64,000 nt of DNA from Felis catus (lineage: Eukaryota): NCBI RefSeq assembly GCF_018350175.1, contig NC_058370.1:310001-374000 (forward strand). The letters run 5' to 3'. Within the stretch, counting starts at the first letter, position 1. Each line of letters begins with the position of its first letter. The translations under genes were made by a program, and so were the position numbers. Positions 43,908 through 53,455 of this stretch are shown one piece after another. A model generated the notes under the pieces. The model had not been told where the DNA came from. It saw only the letters and a program-made list of their open reading frames with translations, and did not search any database.

Positions 43908-44734
43908 GCAAGGCGTGGAAGGAGCTGAGCGCGGCGGAGAAGCGGCCCTTCGTGGAGGAGGCGGAGCGGCTGCGCGTGCAGCACCTGCGGGACCACCCCA
44001 ACTANNNNNNNNNNNNNNNNNNNNNNNNNNNNNNNNNNNNNNNNNNNNNNNNNNNNNNNNNNNNNNNNNNNNNNNNNNNNNNNNNNNNNNNNNNNNNNNN
44101 NNNNNNNNNNNNNNNNNNNNNNNNNNNNNNNNNNNNGGCGCCCGGCGCGGCCCGTGCCTTCCGCGAGCTGCCCCCGCTGGGCGCCGAGTTCGACGGCCTG
44201 GGGCTGCCCACGCCCGAGCGCTCGCCGCTGGACGGCCTGGAGCCCGGCGAGGCCGCCTTCTTCCCGCCGCCCGCGGCGCCCGAGGACTGCGCGCTCCGAG
44301 CCTTCCGCGCGCCCTACGCGCCCGCCGAGCTGCCCCGGGACCCCGGGGGCGGCTACGGGGCGCCCGCGGCCGAAGCGCTCAGGACCGCGCCCGCTCCCGC
44401 CGCGCCGCTCGCCGGCCTCTACTACGGCGCCCTGGCCGCGCCCGCAGCCGGCCCGTTCCCCGGCCCGCTGTCGCCGCCCCCCGAGGCCCCCCCGCCCGAG
44501 GGCGCCGAGACGCTGGGGCCCAGCGCCGACCTGTGGGCCGACGTGGACCTCACCGAGTTCGACCAGTACCTCAACTGCGGCCGGACTCGGCCCGACGCCG
44601 CCGGGCTCCCGTACCACGTGGCGCTGGCCAAGCTGGGCCCGCGCGCCATGTCCTGCCCCGAGGAGAGCAGCCTGATCGCCGCGCTGTCCGACGCCAGCAG
44701 CGCCGTCTACTACAGCGCCTGCATCTCGGGTTGA
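43908..44734 (+). CDS. SOX18: SoxF HMG-box transcription factor SOX18, exon 2 (gap 44005-44136). Exon 1 with the start codon lies in gaps 43373-43800
   Basis: Acceptor CCGCAG|[38 protein letters not shown] (HMG C-half), then [26 protein letters not shown]...[11 protein letters not shown]...[18 protein letters not shown]-type SoxF tail (here [19 protein letters not shown]). Confidence 0.96.
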
Positions 44735-44737
44735 GCG

Positions 44738-44764
44738 GCCGCCGCCGCCGCCGCCGCCGCCGCC
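44738..44764 (+). repeat. (GCC)9 directly after the SOX18 stop
   Basis: TGA GCG (GCC)9 read directly. Confidence 0.9.
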
Positions 44765-45010
44765 GCGCGTGCCCGCCCGGCATCTCTCCAGGGCGCCCGC
44801 GTTTCGGCTACTCCCAGGCGCCCTGCGAGGGTGCCTCCCACGTGCCCTGGGGCCTTTCCCGGAATCCCAGGCCTGGGACCTGTTGGCTGGCCCTGCTAGG
44901 GTTAACTCTTTGAAGCGTCTAATGCTTTCCTTGCAGCGTATTTTCTAGAATCAGGCTGTATTTTTCGCTTTGCCTTTTTTATACACGTAATACAACATAT
45001 TTAATTTTTA

Positions 45011-45504
45011 ATTAAACTTTTAAACTTTTTCTTCCAACGGGTTTCACTGACCAAAAGCACCAATGTAGCAATATGAGGAATACCAGTATTTGTTTGCTTT
45101 AAAGGAGGAGCAGGATCTGCACCCCCCCCCCCACCCCACCCGGGGCCAGGCGAGGCCACAATAAAGTGACTCGCTCTTTCCTCTGCACACCCGAGTCTGT
45201 GGTTGTTGGGGGAAGGGGGAATGGACCCTGGCCGTGCCGTTCCCCAGAGCCTCCTGGGAGACTGCCACCCAGCTTGGCCCCCAAAACACCCACCTCTCCA
45301 TCCTTCCAGGATGCTCCCCCCCCCCCCCCCCCGCGACAAGGTTGGTGGGAGGCATGAGGTGCAGGCACTCCCCACTCCCCCTTCCATTCCCCTCCTCTCC
45401 CAACCCCGCTTTTTAATTCGAGCGTAATAGGGGTTGGCGATGCCCCCACACCTCCACCCATGATTCATTATCCTCAGCTCTTTTAAAACTTTCTTCAAAA
45501 TAAA
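45011..45504 (+). terminator. Candidate SOX18 polyadenylation signals: ATTAAA 45011, AATAAA 45160, AATAAA 45499
   Basis: Hexamers in AT-rich patches downstream of the stop. The sequence alone does not show which is used. Confidence 0.55.
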
Positions 45505-47877
45505 TAAATTAAGTTAAATTAAAAATAAATACATAAATGCAACTTCCTTCCCACCTGGGGACTACTTCTCAGGACTGTGCTCCTCTCCAAAGGAGGCTGG
45601 CAGGGTGGACACCTATATGCCCACCCCCCACCCCCGCCGCTGGGCCCTGTCATTCTTAAACCAGTGTCCCCGGAGTGGGCAGCCCCACGTCACACCCGTG
45701 CTGCTTCCCGGTGACAGGTCAACGACCCGAGCAGGGAGGCTCAGGCCCGGATTCTGGAGCTCTCAGCCAGCCCTTCTCCCCTCCCAACAGAACTGGGCCT
45801 CCTCTTTCCACACTTGTGGTCTCCTAGCCCCTTTCTCTGCCCCCCTCCCTGGCGAGCTGACATGCAAAAGTCAGTCCTAGCTCGGTCTCCCATGCATCTG
45901 GGAGCACGGGCGTCTGTGAGTCAAGTGGGTTCTGTACGATGCTGAGTGCAGCTGAGCCCGATTCTCACCGCACACGTGTGAGCCAGTGTGTGCAAGCATG
46001 TGTGTGTACGTGAGGCTCTGAGCATGGGTGTGATGCTGTGACACTGTGACCATCCATGCTCACTGTGTCTGTGTGCACATGGTGCAATAACCCCGGGGCT
46101 GGATGTGCATGTGTCAGTGTGTAAACCTAGGTGTCCACACACACGGGTCTGCTGCCTGAGTGTGTGTGGGGAGGCAAACAGGCGGTGGGGCTGTTTCTGT
46201 AGGTATCCTGCTTCTCAGAGGCAGACTGACATCACCTCTATATTAAGTGGCACGGGCTACACACTTCACCTGGGTCCCCTACCCCTGCCTCGTCAGCAAC
46301 AAGTCTCAAAAAAACTGAGACAGAGATAGGAACAGAGACAGACAAGCTGAAAAGGACAGGATTTGGACCCAGAGGTGGAGAGAGACACACACTGGGTGGG
46401 TAGAGGGGCAGAAATAGCCCACAGGACGACAAGGACACCATCTGCCCCCTCCAAGTGGACACAAGCACGGTGCGTGGCAGGGATGCCGAGGCCCAAAGGG
46501 AAAAGGGTGGTCCGGTTCAGCCACGTTTGTTACGGCTTTGGAGTGGGAGTGCTCAGAGGCCCCAGTGCTGAGTCCCAGACTCATGCCTGGAGAGGGGCAC
46601 ATGACCCAAGAGTGTACCTCATCAGCTGTCATGGTCCTCCAGCTCCTGATCTGCTCTGGGCCTGCCCCCTGGTGGGGGGTCAGGTTGCCCACCCCCTCGA
46701 GCCCTGGGTCAGCTGGACCAAAGTGTGCCCCACTGAGGGGACCCAGAGCAGCCAGAGTCCAGGAGTCTCTACCCCGGGTGCGGACCCTCCTATCCCCTCA
46801 CTCCACCCACTGGCCAGGGCAGGTAGGAGGAGGCAGGTAGGAGGGAGGGAGGGAGGCCACGGCAGGTGGGAGCCCCCGTGAACAGCCCCACTAAGGGCCT
46901 CCCTGCCTGGGCTGAGGCACTGTCCATCGTCCCACCTGGGCCCCCGCCCCAGAGACACCCGTGGACACAGAAGATGCCAGACAAGCGGACACAGCCCGTT
47001 GTGTCTTTCTTTCCTGTTTTCTGGCACAGGCCGGGGCGATATTCTCCCACCCTCCGTTCTGGGCTCCTCACCCCACCCCCATGCCACCCAGAGGGCCCCT
47101 TGAGGTCAGTAGGATGGGGAGCCACAAGGGTGCTTCCGGGGGGCAGCACACACCATTGCCCCTGTAGGGAGAAGGCAGAGCAGCTGGACCCCTAGAAGCC
47201 CCTCCCACGGTAGCAAGGCAGGAGGCCAGTGGGGGGCCCCAATTTGGAGCCAGTCCCCATCGCCAGGGGCTGGGGGACTCCAGGAGCAGGATCTGAACAA
47301 GGACATGAGAGGGCCTCCCACAGAGAGCAGCTGTTTCCAATAGCAGCTCCTCAGCCATTGCCCTCAGTGGTGGGCCAGCGCAGGAGGGTGGGGAGGGGTC
47401 TCTTCAAAGGACCCTCTGCCCGGGGCCCTGCCTGGGGAGCTATCCAAGGGGACGGGCTCTGCCCTGCCTGGACAGAACAGCTGTCTCAGGCAGAACCACA
47501 GCCTGTCCCCCCTTCCCTGGCCTGGGCGGCTCCAGCCCTGGGTCAGGTTTCCCACCGTTCCCCCTCCTGGCTCCACCTACCTGCTTCCCCGAGGGTCAGA
47601 AAAGGGAAGTCCCCACCCCCAGCTCCCGCTGAGTCAGGCTGGCCAGGAACAGACCCTAGTGGCCTAGCTCCTGGCGGGAAGTTCTAGCAGCCCTGCCTGG
47701 CACAAGCCACAGCTCCCACGCCCAGGACTCAGCTGGGCCCTGGAGGGACCTGGGCCGGGGTGTTGAACCTTTCCCAGCAAGCAGCCCAGGGGAGGAGAGT
47801 CAGGGAGGGTGGGGCTGGGGGCAGGTTAGGGGCACCCTCTCCCTCTCAGGTCATCCCCTGGACACCTTTGGGAACAC

Positions 47878-47878
<1 letters not shown>

Positions 47879-47917
<39 letters not shown>
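47879..47917. repeat. (AC)n microsatellite, about 19 units
   Basis: Read directly. Confidence 0.95.
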
Positions 47918-47918
<1 letters not shown>

Positions 47919-48089
47919 CTAGACAACTAGTCACATAGCCTACCAAGAGATACATCGGGGCCAAGGCTCTGCTCACTCATATGCCCGATCCCAACGAGGC
48001 CACGCTGGGCAGGCAAGGATGGACCTAGGTCACCCTCCACTCGGCCGGACAAACGCTCTCAACGACCCAAGGGTGTCAGCCCACATTCT

Positions 48090-48545
48090 ACCAAACCTGC
48101 ATAGGTTTTCTGGCAGCTAAGTCAGTGGTTTTAGTACATTCCCAGGACTGGGCGGCCACCACGCCTCTCATTTCAGTGTATTCCCACCTCTTCAAAAAGA
48201 AACCCTCACTTGTTAGCAGTGACTCCCCAGCCCCCAGGGAAACATCACCTACTTTCCGTGTCTGTGGGTCTGCCTGTTCTGGACATTTCACATAAATGGG
48301 ATCGCACAAGAAGTGGGTTTGAGGCTGGCTTTGTTCACTGAGCATCAGCTTTCCTGGGTTCTTCCGTGTTGTAGCGTGTGAACTTCATTCCTTTGTAGGG
48401 CGGAGTACTATTCCACCGTCTGACCGGACCACGTTTTATCTGTTCACCCACCGGTGGCCGCTTAGATTGTTTCCACCCGCTGCGATTGCGAATAATGCCG
48501 CAGTGAACGTCGGTGTACCAAGGTTTTGCGTGGCGTGCATTTTCA
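48090..48545 (-). mobile_element. Ancient L1 3' fragment (L1MB-like)
   Basis: CTGCCTGTTCTGGACATTTCACATAAATGGGATC, GTTCACTGAGCAT, CATTCCTTT and TTGTTTCCAC...AATAATGCCGCAGTGAAC match the antisense L1M 3' consensus (from memory). Confidence 0.85.
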
Positions 48546-49391
48546 TTAAAATTACACAGATTTATATCTCTAATGACCATCCGAGCAAGTAGGTTCAGCA
48601 TGTTAGAGCCACGTATCCCAAGGCTCAGCCCTCCACCCAGCCACCCCCACTCCTGCCCCAGGCTGCGGAGGGGCCCCCAGGGACCAGGTGTGTGGGAACT
48701 CCTGGCCCCGGACCTGGAGAGACGGAAAGACGGGGGGGGGGGGGGGGGGGGGGGGGGGGGTGAACGCCGAGGCTCCTCCTCCTCTCGGGCTCCCTCCTCA
48801 CCTCCAGCCTCGCACGGAAGCCAGGCAGGGTGCAATGGGGCGGGCTCAGCATCGTAGGGGCTCCCCGTCCACCACCATGTTTCCTACGACCCCACGACCC
48901 CACTTGGCCCCCACGACCCAGTCCTGTCTCCGCGATCCTGCCTCGTGCCCAGCGACCCTGTCCCCTACCCTCATTACCCAACCTGTGCCCCACGACCCAA
49001 CCCTGTGCGCCATGGCCCCGCCCCATACCCCATGACCCCGCCCCGTATCCCACGCTCCTGCCAGCCTGCGCACCCGAGAAAACAGGAAGGGGCGCACAGC
49101 GGCGGCGCAGGGAGGAAATGCAGGAAGCGGCCGCCGGGTGCGGCGCTTATCTTGGGCCACAGCCGGGACCCCTGGCCTCACGCCCCGGCACAGGCCCGGC
49201 AGGGGACGCAGGGCGCGACCGGAGGACAGGGCCCGCTCACCTGGCGGGGAGCCCCGGCCACCTCACCCCCAAGATACGAAGGTCACAACTGGGCTGTGGA
49301 GGGAGGCAACGAGGCCAGTGACAGGATTTGACTGAGCCAGGCTGTGGCCATCCACAGATGTGAGCAGAAGTCCCGTTAAGACACAGCCCAC

Positions 49392-49495
49392 GGGCACCTG
49401 CGTGGCTCAGTGGAAAGAGCATGCGTCTCTTAATCCCAAGGCTGTGAGTTTGAGCCCCATGTTTGGGTGGAGAGATTACTAAAAAAATAAATGTA
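49392..49495 (+). mobile_element. Short older SINEC
   Basis: GGGCACCTGCGTGGCTCAGTGGAAAGAGCATG...GTGAGTTTGAGCCCCA...A tail, with no (CT)n tract. Confidence 0.7.
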
Positions 49496-51117
49496 AACAC
49501 ACACACCGCACAGAGGTGACCCAGGGGCCAGTATCCAACCCCAGGATGGCCCTCCCCCACAATACATGCCCCTCAAGGTCCTGACCTTCCCCCCCCCAAA
49601 AAAAAAGGGCTCACTTCCCCTAGCAAGTGTGGGATCCCTGCCGGTTCTTCAGGAGGGAGGCCGTGGAGGTGGGGGTTAGTTGGGGTTGGGGGGATGGTGG
49701 TTGTTGTTTGCTCCTGTGTTTACGAAGCTGGGTCTTTTCCTAGGGAGGAGACAGGATGGGGACTGTCCCTGAGAGCCCCCCAGGGTCCTGCAGGCCACTG
49801 GCAGGGACAATGGGCTGCAGCACCTGGCACCGCCCCCCCACCCCCCGGAGTATGTGCTTTGCTTCCTGGACTGGAGGCCCTTGTTTGTTTCCACACCAAC
49901 CACAGATGGATCAGGCAGCCTCCTTGCACACCTGCAGGTTGGGGGACCCCACACTCAGGCTCACATGCAAAGGCCAAGTGCCAGGCGGGGCCAGCGCACC
50001 CTTCAGGTCTGGGTGCAGGTGTTTCCTCCCAGGCTGAGTGTGGCCCCATGCCTTCTCAGCACCCAGCGCCAGATGCAGGGGCTGGCTAACTCACATCCTG
50101 TCCCACAGCCGTGGCTCCATGAACACCGGAGCTGCATCTGTCCAGGGTCCGGGCATGGCAGCCACTCGTCTTTCCCACTACCTCCCTTTGCTCAATCAGG
50201 CCGCACCGGTAAGGGAGGAGTCATGGAGGGCGGTGCTGGGCAGGGCACAGGCGATCCGTAGTAGCCCTCGGAAGGATCAGCACACTGGGCTGGTATGGCC
50301 CCACCCCCGCCTGCAGAGCAGCAGAGGTGGGAAGAGGGGGTGGGGAGAGAGTAGCGTGTGGGCGGGGGTGGAAAACACACAAGTGGCAAAGTCGGGATTA
50401 ACTTTTTGGTTTTCAAATCCAGAGACCAGTTTGCCAGTCGCCCATGTTCCAGATGTTCTTTCAAAGGCTCCCAGTCTGGGAAGGCCGTGGGACACAGGCT
50501 ACCCTTCAAAGTCAGCCTGCCCCCCCTTCTTCTGGTGCTGCACATGGGGGGTCTGGCTCCCTGGTTTCAGGAAGTTACACAACCCTGGCCAGTGCCCTGC
50601 GGCCCCATCTACCACCCTGGCACAGCCCCTCCTTCTGGGACCCAGCCCCCACCTCCCTGGAAGCAGTTGAGAAGGCTCGTGTATGGGACAGGACACCACT
50701 GGGTGCAGGACCCAACCCGACGATGCATGTGCCCCAGAAACAACGTTTTTTGCAGGGGAAGAACCAGGCTCAGGCCACACGCCCCGGACCTCGGCAAGGA
50801 GGGCAGTGCCTCATGCAGGACAGGCCAAAGGCTCTGTCCCTGGATGAGCACCCCATCGTCACTGGTTCCGGTCTGTTCCAGCCAGCAGTTCCTGTGCAAG
50901 CCACAGAAGGGGTCCTGGTGCTGAACACAAAAGCGAACATCTTGGGTTCTGCGCAGGGCATCCCTGGCTCTCCCTCTGGTCTGTCTTGGCTGGTCACTGT
51001 GGCTGTACACCTGTCCCCAGACCAGGTCTGGCTGGGCTATCCCCATGCTGGACAAGTGAACTTTGTCCCAGAAGCCAGAAGCCCCACTTGCTGCCATCCC
51101 ATGTGAGGAAAGACTCG

Positions 51118-51534
51118 ACAGTGTGTTGAATGGTGGCCCCAAGAACGAGATGCCCACCTCCCAGAACCTGGGAGTGGGATTCTTATTTAGGAAGAGGGTC
51201 TTGGCAGATAGGACTAAGGATCTTGAGATGAGATCAGCCTGGGTTATCCAGGGGCCCTAAGCCCAGGGCAAAGATCCTTGTAAGAAAGAGAAAGCCACGT
51301 GAAGCAGCAGCAGGCTGGAGCAATGTGGCCCCAGAGCACCTGGAGCCTCCGGACGCTGCAAGAAGCCAGGATGGGTTTGTCCTGGAGGGAGGTCAGCCCT
51401 ACAACACCTTGATTTCAAGCCCGTGATAATGATCTTGGACTTCTGATCTCCAGAACTGTGGGGAAAGAAACTTCTATTGTGTTAAGCCGCATGGCTTGTG
51501 ATCATTTGTTACAGCAGTCGTAGGAAACCCATAC
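51118..51534 (+). mobile_element. MaLR solo LTR (MLT1-type)
   Basis: TGTGTTGAATGGTGGCCCC...AAGAGGGTCTTGGCAGAT...GGACTTCTGATCTCCAGAACTGT...TTGTGTTAAGCC...TTTGTTACAGCAG...AAACCCATACA. Confidence 0.85.
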
Positions 51535-53287
51535 AGATGGTGTCTGAGATATGGGGACGGGGGCCCAGGTCCCTGTGCCCAGAATGCTGGCCTGCCATCA
51601 GCGTGTTGGCAGAGGCAGGACCCGGAAAGATGTGCAGGGCCTCCGCCCAGTGTGGAGGCCACTCATTCTGTCTGAGGTCTGAAGAGAAGGGGCAGTGGGC
51701 AGACAGGGTGCAGTGGGGTCTCATACCAAGAGCAACCTCGGTTCTGCTGGCTCAGGCCACAGGCCACCTCTAGTCCCTGACTCAACGTGCTGAATTTGCC
51801 AGGAAGGACCAGAGTTAGACTCCAGGAGGGCCACCCGCAAGTGGGGAGCTCTTCCAGGCAGGGGGAGGGCAAGACACACATGCACAGACCCCAAGGGACC
51901 CCATGCACAGACACACGCCCCCGCACGCACAGGAGAGTGCATGCACAGCTGTGTGCACATTCTCACGGGCAACCCCTCAGCACACCTGTGCGCGTGCTCA
52001 CCACACATACACACTACCAGATGGGCTCTGACAGGAGCGTCCAGGGAGGAAGAATGGGGTCAGAGTACAAGAGCACCTTGCCCCCTCGCGTGGTCATGGT
52101 CCAGGACTCAGGGATCGTGTCCCTAGGACTCTGAGGCCTGTGCTCCCCCTCCTACCTGCCCCCTCCACCCAGGACAGCCTGACTGCTCTCCACTGCAGGA
52201 AGGGGGTGCTGACAGATGGGTGGAATGGCCCACCACACTGCAGGCGGTCCCCGCATCACCACAACAGGGCCCCCAGGGCAGCTGCACGCTGTGGCCCGCG
52301 CACAGGGCACACACGGGGTGTAGCCACGCTCAAGGCCTGGGTCTCACCCCAGCCCTCACGCTTCCTGGCTGTGCCTCAGTCTCATCTACCAAACAGGGAC
52401 AACAGGCCCTGCTGCACACGTACAGCGGGGTGCTGGGCCAGGGGCTGGTTCTCATTCTGTGCTAATGCTGACTGCCCCACCATGAAGGCCTTTCTGTATC
52501 CCCCCCCTGTCTGTTCTGCCAGGGTACCCCAGAGGCAAGGCCTGCTCTGGGGTCTCCTTGGTCCATCCACCCGTCAGAAAGGAGTATGTGAGGTGGAGCC
52601 CGACAGGCACCCTTGTTGGCCGGGCGCTCTGCGGGCTCTACTTCCACTCCTCCACAGACTATGATTGGGGAGGGGGTCACAGACACCTGGCTACCTATGC
52701 AGCTGTGGGCAGGGGAGTTCAGGATCAGGACCCTCTCCCTGGCAAGCAAACATACGGTCCCAGAGCACAAGACAGCGGATCCCTGACCAGCCTGTCCAGG
52801 CCCACAGAGGGGGCCGTGGCCACCCCTCCCAGGGCCGCAGGAAATGGCCTGGCCCCACTTGCAGCCAGGGCCAGCGACTCTGGCTTCCCTTCAGGCCCGT
52901 TTCCTTTATCCGGTTGTTTTGCTCTGAGTTCACAAAGCTCAGCCTTCCCTTCCCCTCCATTTCCACCCCTTCCCCCATTCCAGAGAGGAGCAGGACGGAA
53001 ACCGGACATTTCAGGGCCCGGCAGAGCCCCTCCCCATCCACCCCCCCAAGCCTAGGGGAGTCCCATCCAGCGTCCCCACTCGCCCCCTGCTGCCTGAGGC
53101 TGGGAGCGCAGCTGGAAGGGGGTGGGGTGGGGTGGGGGCCGGCCTCGTCCAGGTGTGGCGGGTAGTCCTGGTTCCCCTACCAAGCGGCCTGTTGCCCCCA
53201 GCGCCCGCTCCTGGCCCAGGCCCAGATCCAGGGGTGGTGGGCCCCACCCCAGCAGGCGAAGAGAAGACCAGACCGAAGCACCAGCAG

Positions 53288-53293
53288 TTTATT
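53288..53293 (-). terminator. C20orf204 polyadenylation signal AATAAA
   Basis: TTTATT on +, about 165 nt past the stop. Confidence 0.75.
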
Positions 53294-53455
53294 GAGTCCT
53301 GGCTAGGTGCCTGGAGCACGTCCAGGGCCGTGACAAGGAGGGGCCTGGGCCCAGGAGTAAGCCAACAAGAGGGAGAGGAGGCAGTTGTCACCAAATGAAG
53401 CTCGTTCCCAGGCCCCGCGGCCCCGATGGCTCTTCTCCCGCCTGCGCAGGACGCG

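Noticed and set aside
42875-44617. 580-aa - strand ORF
   Set aside because: Held open by N gaps and antisense to GC-rich SOX18.
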